Shown here: positions 19,425 through 27,820 of the stretch, piece by piece
Layout: every line of letters starts with the position of its first letter
Position numbering within the stretch: the first letter of the stretch is position 1
NCBI GenBank assembly: GCA_040218735.1
Contig: JAVJQW010000062.1
Span: 256,001 to 320,000 of the forward strand
Length of the DNA: 64,000 nucleotides
Direction: 5' to 3'
DNA from: Deltaproteobacteria bacterium
GTDB taxonomy: Bacteria; Myxococcota; Kuafuiibacteriia; Kuafuiibacteriales; Kuafuiibacteriaceae
Notes under the pieces: generated by a model
The model's input: the letters and a program-made list of their open reading frames with translations, nothing else
What the model was told of the DNA's origin: nothing
Database searches by the model: none
Made by a program: the position numbers and the translations under genes

Positions 19425-19744
19425 CCTCGAGGGGCACGGCTGACTTCGTCAGCGTGCGGCGCACGCGCACGCTCCAGCCGCGCCAGCGCCAAATCCAACT
19501 CCGCCACCCTCCGCCGCAGGCCCCCCACGCGCCGTCGCAACTTGCGAACGTCCTGCCGCGTCGGGAGCGCGGCGAAGTGCAGGACGGCGCCCTGCACGTC
19601 CTCCACCGCGGCGCGGAGCGACTGCACGGTCGCGAGCATCTCTACGAGGCGATCGGTGCGGTAGTGGTCCGTGACGACGCGGAGCGGGAGCGTCCACAGC
19701 GGCGGTCGAGGAGGCGGCGGCTCGGACACGACGCCGCGGAGCAT
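19421..19744 (-). CDS. small coiled-coil hypothetical protein (PhaE/phasin C-terminal-like LPTRxDV motif)
   Basis: LPTRQDVRKLRRRV followed by a heptad pattern. Fills the gap between two plus-strand genes. Confidence 0.5.
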   Translation of the reverse strand: MLRGVVSEPPPPRPPLWTLPLRVVTDHYRTDRLVEMLATVQSLRAAVEDVQGAVLHFAALPTRQDVRKLRRRVGGLRRRVAELDLALARLERARAPHADEVSRAPRG

Positions 19745-19761
19745 GCGCGATCGGCGCGAGC

Positions 19762-20595
19762 ATGGCGAGCGCGTTCGAGCGCGCCGGACCGGCGACGCAC
19801 TTTCTCGATTCGAGCCACGTGATCCCCCCGGTGGTGGAGATCGGTGGGGATGTTTACGATTCCGTAGACGTGGCCTCGCACTCCAACAAGGGCTGGTCGG
19901 GCGTCCCGGGGTTCGAGGAGGTCGAGGCCTCGGCGACGACGGCGCCCCCCGACGAGACCGACGCGGCGATGACCGTGCCGGCGCTGGAGTTCGATTATCA
20001 GGCGTCGGTCGAGACCACCGCGCGAGACGACAGCCCGGCGGAACGCCTCACGCTCCCCCCGCCCCCCGACGACGCTTGGGACGCCCCCACGCTGACGCCG
20101 AACCAGGGGCGGATGGGCGCCGAGCTCGCGAAGAAACTGACGACCGACAAACCCCGCACGCCGCCGCCGCCCGACCCCGCGGCGCGCGCCGCCTACCGCA
20201 ACGTGATCATCGCGACCGTGGTCGCCTCAGTGCTGTTGGGCCTCGCGATCGCGTACACCACGAAGCGCGCGTCCGTGCAGACCGCCCCGCAACACCCCGT
20301 GCCGACGGCGCCCAAGCGCCCGGTCGCGAAGCCCGAGCCCGCCGTCCCCGAGCCCAAGGCGCCCGCCGCCCCGGTGCGGCCGATGGTCACCGTGGTGAGC
20401 GTGCCGGCGGGCGCCGAGGTCGAGATCAACGGCGCCCCGGCCGGCACGGCGCCCGTCGTGAAGCCGGCGCCCGAGGGGGTGGTCGAGCTGGAGATCACCG
20501 TGAAGCTCGCGGGCCACGAGGCGTGGCGCGCGCAGGTGCGGCCGAACGAGCTGGGGCACTACAGCGTGAACGCGAAGCTCCGCGCGAAGCGCTGA
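19762..20595 (+). CDS. single-TM PEGA domain protein
   Basis: Acidic disordered N-terminus, one TM, Pro-rich linker and VVSVPAGAEVEING..GTAP PEGA motif. Confidence 0.75.
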   Translation: MASAFERAGPATHFLDSSHVIPPVVEIGGDVYDSVDVASHSNKGWSGVPGFEEVEASATTAPPDETDAAMTVPALEFDYQASVETTARDDSPAERLTLPPPPDDAWDAPTLTPNQGRMGAELAKKLTTDKPRTPPPPDPAARAAYRNVIIATVVASVLLGLAIAYTTKRASVQTAPQHPVPTAPKRPVAKPEPAVPEPKAPAAPVRPMVTVVSVPAGAEVEINGAPAGTAPVVKPAPEGVVELEITVKLAGHEAWRAQVRPNELGHYSVNAKLRAKR

Positions 20596-20611
20596 GCGCG
20601 AGGGGAACGCC

Positions 20612-21016
20612 GTGACGCTGTCGCTGGCCCTCGAAGATCAACAGCTGTGCACCCACCCGGGTGATCTCATGTCGCTGCCGCCCGTCGTCGTCGACAACCA
20701 CGTCGTCGTCGTCGCGTACGGCGGGGAGGACCTTCGGATCGTCCACGGCGCCCTCGCCTGGCGGGGCCTCGACGCGGCGGTCGCACGGATCGGCGCGTGG
20801 CCCGCGGACCAGGTTCGGGCGCGGCTGCTCGAGATGGAGCTCGACGCCACGGAGGCGTCGGCGCTCGGCGCCCTCGACGTGCAGATGGTGGAAGCGCTCG
20901 CCGAGGACACCCCCCAACGCCGGGCGGTCCTCGCCGGGTATGTGCTGATCGCGCTGCGAAACGCGCTGCGAAACGCGCCTCGGACGGACGCACCGAACCA
21001 GGCGTCCGGTCGATAA
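20612..21016 (+). CDS. hypothetical protein
   Basis: GTG start after GAGGGG RBS. Ends 10 bp before the next gene. Confidence 0.55.
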   Translation: MTLSLALEDQQLCTHPGDLMSLPPVVVDNHVVVVAYGGEDLRIVHGALAWRGLDAAVARIGAWPADQVRARLLEMELDATEASALGALDVQMVEALAEDTPQRRAVLAGYVLIALRNALRNAPRTDAPNQASGR

Positions 21017-21026
21017 CCACACCGCG

Positions 21027-23471
21027 ATGACGGGCATCGAAGGCCCGCGAGACGTTCGCCGAGGCCCCAGCGGGATCGCCGACGTCTCCGAACCCGCTCC
21101 GGTCGGGGTGCGCGAGGACCGCGCCGACGCCGAGATCCCGCTGGCACCCACGACGCGCTACATCGCCGCGTCGAGCCCCGAAGCGACGGACCTCGGGTGG
21201 ATCGAGGATTGGGCGGCGCGCAGCGGGCAGATCACCGACGCGGAGCTCACCGCGCTCCGCGGCCTGGTCCTGGAGCTGAGCAAACAAGAGCTGCAGGCGC
21301 TCCGTCCCCGTATCCAGAAGCGCGTCGGTCGCGAGCGCCTCGACGCGCTCAAGGGGACCGGCGTGCTGCACGGGACCGCGACCGTCGACAAGGTCATGCA
21401 GATGATCGGCGGACCCGGGCGCCTCGGCCGCCTCCCCGCGCGGCTCAAGACCTCCATCCGCACGGCGCGCGAGCAGAACATCCACGCGCTGATGCAGCGA
21501 GCGGCCCTCCGGCTCGTGAACGGCAACGACGGCCTGTTCCGCACCGTGAACCTTGGCGACCCCACCCACCCCGAGGGCTTCCCGATCGAGATCCGCGGGG
21601 AGCGCGTCGACAGCGTCGCGCAGCGCTACGCCCTGCTCGACGGCGTGGCCCGTCTGGTGCGCGTCGGTTTCTCCGAAGAAGAGATCCGGGCGCTCGCCGA
21701 CGACGCGGTCACAACCGCCGTCCCGGCCGACGCCTCGCCCGCGCAGCGGGCCCAGCTCGGCGTCAACGCGATCCTGGACCGTGGTCAGGAGGCCTACGCG
21801 AAGCGCGCCCGGAAGTTCGAAGACATCCCGGCCCCCACCGCGATGACCGCAGCGCAGCGCGAGCAGATCGCGGAGCGCCTGTCGCAGGCGCGTTGGCTCG
21901 AGTCGAAGGTGCTCGCGGCGTTCGAGGACAGCCCCGTGCGACCGCTCGGCGACTACACCGAGGACCTCACCGCGCTGTTCGACCACGCGACGTTCGAGGA
22001 CGTCGCCGAGTCGCTCGACGCGAGGTTCGAGACGGTGCTGACCTTCGGCGTCGAGCGCGGCCTGCGGATCGACTTCGTCCCGAAGCTCGACACCGTGAAG
22101 TTCGAGCGCATCGCCGCCGAGCGCGGCGGCCCGGTGCGTGACGTCAGCGACCAGCGCCTCCCGGACGACCACGCCGTCCGCTTCCAGCTCGACGATCTCC
22201 GCCGACGCCTCGACGCCGGCGATCGCTCGGCGGTCGGCGTCGCATACTGCACGCAGACCTTCCCGATGGAGATCCTCGAGCGCGCGGCGGCCGGCGAGGT
22301 GCACGTCGTCGGCTACGACGGCTCCCACACCAACGGCGTCGACTACATCCGGAGCCGCCACGGCGTCACCGACGACGGCGCACGCCTCGGCGCCCGAGTG
22401 ATGGGGCTGCAGGGCGTGTACGGATCGTTTTCGCGTTCACTCGTCACGCTCGACGACGGGCAGCAGTTCCTCCTCGTCACCGGGTACGGCGTGTCGCGGC
22501 AGCTGAACAACGTCGCGACGCTGCTGCTCTACGAGGACGACGAGGGACGGCGCCTCCCGGCGAGCCAGATCAGCCTCGCGACCGATCACTCGGACCTCAC
22601 CGCCACGCTGCGCGCCGACATCCAGCTCGCGATCCACACCGACTGGGACCAGCGCGAAGGGCGCCCCGACCAGATGCCGACGCGGCTGATGATCCTGCAG
22701 AACCCACCGCACCTCGAGCAGCTGTTGCAAGACAACTTGCGATGGGGCGCGACCCCGGACAATCCGATGCTTCCGTTCTTCGTCGCGTACCGAACGCACG
22801 AGGACGGAACCGAGGAGCGCATCATCGTCCCGAAGGTCGGCGGCGGCGGTGTCTACGGCGACACCGCCGGGCACTTCATCGAGGCCTTCTTCACCAGCGG
22901 GTTCGACAACCTCGTGGACGACGTCCTCTTCAACGGTGCCGCCGGCGGCTTCGCGGGCACCCGCGAGGACGGCGCGTTCGTCGACGAAGACCGGCGAGGC
23001 CTCCCGCACGTCGAACCGGGCGGGCTGATCGAGCCGACCTACGCCGTCGAGCAGTACGGCGACGGCCGCGGGCCCATCACCATCCCCGGGATGCTCCCGG
23101 CGGACGTCGCCGAGTGGCCGGAAGAGCTCGTCGACGCCGCGAAGGACGCCCACGTCTCCTTCACCGGCCGCCACGTCGCGGTCATGGCGCCGGCCATCGA
23201 GACGTTCGGCATGATCCACGACCTCGTTGGGCGTGGCTTCGCTTCCGTCGACGTCGAGGCGGGCGCGGTCATGGACACCTGCCGCCGTCTCGGCAAGACC
23301 GCCACCGTGGTCTACACCCACTCCGACGACCCGCGCGCCTCGGAGCTCGAGCCGACGACGGCGCTGGGCATGGTGGCCCCCTTCTTCGAGGGCTCACACT
23401 ACGACGACAAGTTGTTCGGGTTCTTGAAGGCGCTGTGGGACCACAGCCACGCGAAGCGAGCGGCGAAGTAG
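21027..23471 (+). CDS. large protein with C-terminal nucleoside phosphorylase-I (PNP/UDP)-fold domain
   Basis: 814 aa. C-terminal VLFNGAAGG, PGGLIEPT, APAIET, GFASVDVEA and THSD align with the NP-I motif order. Confidence 0.7.
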   Translation: MTGIEGPRDVRRGPSGIADVSEPAPVGVREDRADAEIPLAPTTRYIAASSPEATDLGWIEDWAARSGQITDAELTALRGLVLELSKQELQALRPRIQKRVGRERLDALKGTGVLHGTATVDKVMQMIGGPGRLGRLPARLKTSIRTAREQNIHALMQRAALRLVNGNDGLFRTVNLGDPTHPEGFPIEIRGERVDSVAQRYALLDGVARLVRVGFSEEEIRALADDAVTTAVPADASPAQRAQLGVNAILDRGQEAYAKRARKFEDIPAPTAMTAAQREQIAERLSQARWLESKVLAAFEDSPVRPLGDYTEDLTALFDHATFEDVAESLDARFETVLTFGVERGLRIDFVPKLDTVKFERIAAERGGPVRDVSDQRLPDDHAVRFQLDDLRRRLDAGDRSAVGVAYCTQTFPMEILERAAAGEVHVVGYDGSHTNGVDYIRSRHGVTDDGARLGARVMGLQGVYGSFSRSLVTLDDGQQFLLVTGYGVSRQLNNVATLLLYEDDEGRRLPASQISLATDHSDLTATLRADIQLAIHTDWDQREGRPDQMPTRLMILQNPPHLEQLLQDNLRWGATPDNPMLPFFVAYRTHEDGTEERIIVPKVGGGGVYGDTAGHFIEAFFTSGFDNLVDDVLFNGAAGGFAGTREDGAFVDEDRRGLPHVEPGGLIEPTYAVEQYGDGRGPITIPGMLPADVAEWPEELVDAAKDAHVSFTGRHVAVMAPAIETFGMIHDLVGRGFASVDVEAGAVMDTCRRLGKTATVVYTHSDDPRASELEPTTALGMVAPFFEGSHYDDKLFGFLKALWDHSHAKRAAK

Positions 23472-24431
23472 CTACTCCGCGGCCTCTTCTTCCGTCGCGT
23501 TCGGGTCCTTGCCCGCGATCTCTTCCTCGGTCGCCTCGATGACGTCGGCGTCCCAGCTCTCGCCTTCCTTGAGCTGCCAGCTCGGCGGGATCGGGAGCTT
23601 CTCCCACATCAACATCGCGTCGTAGTTCCCGCCGCCCTTCTTGGCCGTGTACGAGTACTCGATGTCGACGCTCTTCGCCTCGCGCGGCATCGTCGGGAAC
23701 CAGATGTAGCCAGGCGAGACGTACGCCGGGAACTCCGCGATGTACTTGTGCGGGTTCTGGATGATGATGCGCGGGGTCGCGTCACCCTCGGCGCGGCCGA
23801 GCACCTTCTCGACCTCTTCTTCGACCTTCTTGCGGCCCTTCTTCACCTCTTCGGTGGTGACCGTCCAGTAGCGCATCCCTAGCTGGCCCCACGAGACGCG
23901 AGTGCTGTCCTCGATGCCCCAGAAGAAGAACTTGCCCTCGAGGATCGGGTTGCCCTCGTCGTCGCGCGTCCGCTTCATCTCGTAGATGTCGAGGCGCGTG
24001 TCGCCCTCCCCGCGCATCGTGAGGACGGGCTGCCACTTGGCGTCCATCAGCGTGTCGTAGGCGCCCTTCACGATGTCGTAGCCCTCGAGCATCGACTTGC
24101 GCTGGGCCTCCTTGATGAGCCCCTCCTTGAAGTTCGCCTCGACGTCGGCCTTGTACTGCTCGGCGTTCCGCCACTCCGGCTTCTCGTCGTAGACCGACTT
24201 CTTCAGCTCGCTCTCGTACGCGCCGATCGCCGCGTGGACGCCACGCACGTACGCGCCGTCGTCCTCTTCCTTGGCGGCCGCGCGCGCCTTGTCGGCGAAC
24301 GAGCGACGGGCGTCCGCGAGGCGCTCCTCGATGCGGACCCGCGCCTCCTCGTTGCTCTTCTGGACCCAGAGCCAGCCGCCGCCGACGACCAAGATCCCGA
24401 AGATGATGACGATACTGAAGAATCGCTGCAT
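23472..24431 (-). CDS. membrane-anchored hypothetical protein
   Basis: N-terminal TM helix, strong GC3 bias and GGGGGA RBS. Confidence 0.8.
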   Translation of the reverse strand: MQRFFSIVIIFGILVVGGGWLWVQKSNEEARVRIEERLADARRSFADKARAAAKEEDDGAYVRGVHAAIGAYESELKKSVYDEKPEWRNAEQYKADVEANFKEGLIKEAQRKSMLEGYDIVKGAYDTLMDAKWQPVLTMRGEGDTRLDIYEMKRTRDDEGNPILEGKFFFWGIEDSTRVSWGQLGMRYWTVTTEEVKKGRKKVEEEVEKVLGRAEGDATPRIIIQNPHKYIAEFPAYVSPGYIWFPTMPREAKSVDIEYSYTAKKGGGNYDAMLMWEKLPIPPSWQLKEGESWDADVIEATEEEIAGKDPNATEEEAAE

Positions 24432-24495
24432 GGCTGGTCCCCCGTATTACAGTTTGGGCGAGGGGCGCAATCCATTACCTCGCGGCGCTCGGTCA

Positions 24496-25158
24496 TCAGT
24501 CCGACCGCCACAGCGGCTCGAACAGGTCGATCGTCCACCGGCTGAAGACAACTTCCGCGCGCGACGTCACTTTCGACTTGTCCGAAAACCGCCAGGCCCG
24601 GCAGCCCGCGTCGAGCGCCCCCTCCACGTCCACGTCCTCGCGATCCCCCACGTGGACAATCGACGCGAGCGGTGCGCCGGTGGCCTCCGCCACCGCCTCG
24701 AACGCACGGCGGCTCGGCTTCAGCACCCCCAGCCGATCCGCGCCGATCCGCGCCCGCCAGGGCAGATGATCCAGCCCCAGGTACGCGAGTTTGTCGTCCG
24801 GCGCGTAGTCGGAGAGCACCGCGAGCTGCACCCCCTTCGCAGCCGCCGCCTCCAGCGCCCCCGCCACGCCCGGGTAAGGGCGCACGCGGCTCGTCAGCGC
24901 CTCGGGCATCGCCTCGCGCAGCTCGTCGAGCCGCTCGGCGCACGCGTCGACGGTCATGTTGAACGACGGCGCGATGAGCTCCGCCTCGCGGCGCTCGAGC
25001 GCCTGCGGCGAGTCGAAGGGCCCCTCATGGCGGATCTTCTCCCGCGCCGCGACGAGCGCGACGAGGAGGCCACGTTCCCACCGCAGCCGCCACGCGACGC
25101 GCAGCCGGCGGACGCGGTACAGCGTCCCGTCGACGTCGAGCGACAGCACGGTGGTCAT
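24496..25158 (-). CDS. HAD family hydrolase
   Basis: DVDGTLY, LSD, KP and HVGDREDVD motifs. Confidence 0.9.
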   Translation of the reverse strand: MTTVLSLDVDGTLYRVRRLRVAWRLRWERGLLVALVAAREKIRHEGPFDSPQALERREAELIAPSFNMTVDACAERLDELREAMPEALTSRVRPYPGVAGALEAAAAKGVQLAVLSDYAPDDKLAYLGLDHLPWRARIGADRLGVLKPSRRAFEAVAEATGAPLASIVHVGDREDVDVEGALDAGCRAWRFSDKSKVTSRAEVVFSRWTIDLFEPLWRSD

Positions 25159-26843
25159 TCATCGGCTCCGTAGCGCGCGACGACGCCGAGGCCCTTGACG
25201 AAGCCGACGTCCTTCGCGAGGTGCGGCGGCTTCACGTGGCTGTCGGGCGCCCCGTCCGAGACCCGGCGCCGCCGCTCACGGTCGTACGCGCCGGGCTCCA
25301 CGACCCACAGCTCGGGTGCGCCGAGGCGCTGCGAGCTGCGCTTCGCGGCGTACTCCATGTTCACGTCGGACAGCGCCGCTTCGAACGCGGCGAGGTATCT
25401 TCGCGCCGCGCCTTCATCGAGCGCCGCGCGCGGCTCCACCGCGAACACGTAACGCGGGGGCTCGGTCAGCCGGCACGCGACGGTGAACCCGGCCGCGGCG
25501 ACCCCCGTCTCGGCTTCCGCGCGCGCGGCGGCGTCGACGACGTGTCGCTCGCCGATCTTCTCGCCGGTGATGCTGAGCATGTTGCCGCCCTTGTGCACGA
25601 AGGCGACCTCGGCGGTGTTCTCGAAGTGGCCGACACACTCCACGACGTCGTTGATGTCGTAGCGATACAAGCCGTGCGACCCGGTGATCAGGACGCGGTA
25701 GCGCTGCCCGAGCTCGAGCCCGTCGGCGAGCACCGGATCACCGCCGGCCTCGGGGACGAACTCGAGGAAGTGCCCGAGCACCGAGACCACCCCGCCCTTC
25801 GACTGGGGCGACAGCGGGATCGAGAAGCCGCCCTCGGTCGCGAGGAAGCCGTAGTCGAGCGCTTCGCGCCCCGGGTAGTAGCGCTCGAGCTGCGGCGTGT
25901 AGAACGGCGCGCTGCCGCCCTTCCAGCAGCACAGCCCGCACAGCTCGGGCCACAGATCGGTCGCGACGACGTAGCCGTGTTTGGCCTTCGAAGCCTCCAG
26001 GCGTCGCGCGGCGTCGGGGCGCTTGCGGAGCGCCATCGCGAGCGGCTTCTTCGTCGCGTCGGGGAGCGCGTCGAGCCCGCGCATCGTCCCGTCGTACAGA
26101 TCCTTGGCGAGCGCCTCCGCGTCCTCGTCCAGCTTCTTCGCGAAGAGCACGAGCGTCGAAGGGTTGATCGCCGCCGCGAGCGACACGCGCTCCTGCGCGG
26201 CGAACCGGAGGATCGCGTAGTACTTGAGATCGAAGTCGTCGATCGCAAACGCCGCGCGCGGGGTCGCATCGAGCGGGTTCCCGGTGAGCGCCTGCTCCAC
26301 CGCGCCGGGTTTCGTCGTGAGGCCGACGGTGACGGAGCCGTACGGCGTGCCCTTCGGCGTCGTCCCCTCGACGCGCGGCGAGTGCATGGTGAGGATCCGC
26401 CCGCGCACGAGCCCCGGGAACGCCTGCACGACCTGTCGCGCCCACACCCGCCGCGGGAGCCGATACTCCGCGACGTACACCGGCGTGACCGGGATGTACT
26501 TCGGCGTCCCGGTGGTGCCGCTCGAGCGCCCGAAGAAGAACGGCTCATCGGGGATGAGGACGTTCGACTCCCCCTCGACCATCCGCGACAGGTACGGCTC
26601 GAAGTCGTCGTACGTACGAACGGGGACCGCGCGTTGGAAGTCCTCGACGGTGCGAATCGATCCGAAGTCGTGCTCGCGCCCGATCGCCGTGTCCTTCGCG
26701 CGGTGCACGAGCGCGAGGAGGCGCGACGTCTGCGCGGCGCGGGGATCCTGCGTCGCCTCCACGAAGCGACGCCACGACCCGGAGAACAACAGCCGCGCGC
26801 CCGCGCGGATGGCGTCGTCGGGGAGCAGTCCGATCCCCTTCAA
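25155..26843 (-). CDS. GH3 family acyl-acid amido synthetase-like protein
   Basis: RSSGTTG..KYIP, ATEG and GLYRYDINDVV motifs. ATGA overlap with the HAD gene. Confidence 0.9.
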   Translation of the reverse strand: MKGIGLLPDDAIRAGARLLFSGSWRRFVEATQDPRAAQTSRLLALVHRAKDTAIGREHDFGSIRTVEDFQRAVPVRTYDDFEPYLSRMVEGESNVLIPDEPFFFGRSSGTTGTPKYIPVTPVYVAEYRLPRRVWARQVVQAFPGLVRGRILTMHSPRVEGTTPKGTPYGSVTVGLTTKPGAVEQALTGNPLDATPRAAFAIDDFDLKYYAILRFAAQERVSLAAAINPSTLVLFAKKLDEDAEALAKDLYDGTMRGLDALPDATKKPLAMALRKRPDAARRLEASKAKHGYVVATDLWPELCGLCCWKGGSAPFYTPQLERYYPGREALDYGFLATEGGFSIPLSPQSKGGVVSVLGHFLEFVPEAGGDPVLADGLELGQRYRVLITGSHGLYRYDINDVVECVGHFENTAEVAFVHKGGNMLSITGEKIGERHVVDAAARAEAETGVAAAGFTVACRLTEPPRYVFAVEPRAALDEGAARRYLAAFEAALSDVNMEYAAKRSSQRLGAPELWVVEPGAYDRERRRRVSDGAPDSHVKPPHLAKDVGFVKGLGVVARYGADE

Positions 26844-26863
26844 CGCGATGGTCGCGAGCCCGC

Positions 26864-27787
26864 TCAGGGCTCGACCTTCACGAGCCGCGCGGCGGCGTGC
26901 TCGGGGGCGACGGGGTTGAACGGCAACAGCTCGTCGAGCGCCGCGCGCGCCGTGACGATCGGCCGCACCGCGAAGTGCCAGTGGAAGTGTTTGGCGTCAG
27001 CGCCCGCGTCCGGCGGCGCGGTGCGCAGCACATAACGATACGCCGGGCCGTCGAGGGCGGTCGTCAGCCGCGACAGCGTACGCGCCAGGAGCCCGGCGGC
27101 GTCTTCGAGGTCCGCGTCCGACGCGGCGAGGAAGCTCGGGTGATGGCCCTTCGGTGCGATGAGGATCTCGAACGGATTTGCGGAGGCCCACGGGCAGAGC
27201 GCGACGTGCCGCAGCCCGTCCTCGACGATGCGCACCTTCTCGTTTCGCTCGAAACGAATCATGTCGCACAACACACACGCCCCGGTCTTCCGGTGGTGCC
27301 CGAAGAACGCGGTGAGGATCTGCCGCGCCGCGTCCGGCACGAACGGGAGCGCGAACACCTCCGAAGTCGCCCCTTCGGTCGTCGCCCCCGCGGCGGCGCC
27401 GTGCGCCTTGGTCACGCCGAAGAACCGCGTGCGGTTGTCGTCGGCGAGCTCGAGCATTCGGTCGCGATACAGCCGCAGCGTCGCCGCGACGGTCGCGTGG
27501 TCGAGCGACTCCAGCGGCGCGTCGACGCTCTCCACGATCTGCTCGTGACGCCCGGCGGAGGTCGCCGCGGTGTACAGGCCGTCCGCGAGCCGCGTGCGGT
27601 CCACGGGTGACTTCCGATCCAACACCGGGTCGGGCGCGTAGTCGTGACTCGGCGCCTCATCGACGGTCACCTTCGCGAGCGGCACGGCCGCCGACGTCAC
27701 GACGATCTCCCGCTCGGGGGCTTCGGCGGTAGCGACGAGGATCCAGCGCCCGGTCAGCGGATCCCGTCGGGCCTCGGTGCTGGACAT
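26864..27787 (-). CDS. GalT-like (HIT-fold uridylyltransferase) protein lacking the catalytic HPH motif
   Basis: RRDPLTGRWIL, GRHEQIVES, CVLCD, PFEILIAP, FHWH and NPVAPE are present. The expected GASLEHPHSQ reads GATTEGATSE. Confidence 0.8.
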   Translation of the reverse strand: MSSTEARRDPLTGRWILVATAEAPEREIVVTSAAVPLAKVTVDEAPSHDYAPDPVLDRKSPVDRTRLADGLYTAATSAGRHEQIVESVDAPLESLDHATVAATLRLYRDRMLELADDNRTRFFGVTKAHGAAAGATTEGATSEVFALPFVPDAARQILTAFFGHHRKTGACVLCDMIRFERNEKVRIVEDGLRHVALCPWASANPFEILIAPKGHHPSFLAASDADLEDAAGLLARTLSRLTTALDGPAYRYVLRTAPPDAGADAKHFHWHFAVRPIVTARAALDELLPFNPVAPEHAAARLVKVEP

Positions 27788-27820
27788 CGCGCGCGAGACT
27801 CGGTCGAGGGCAGGTCGAGG

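Noticed and set aside
20951-20977. 12-bp direct duplication GCGCTGCGAAAC (ALRNALRN) as a target-site duplication
   Set aside because: The copies are adjacent with no intervening element; this is a simple in-frame slippage duplication.
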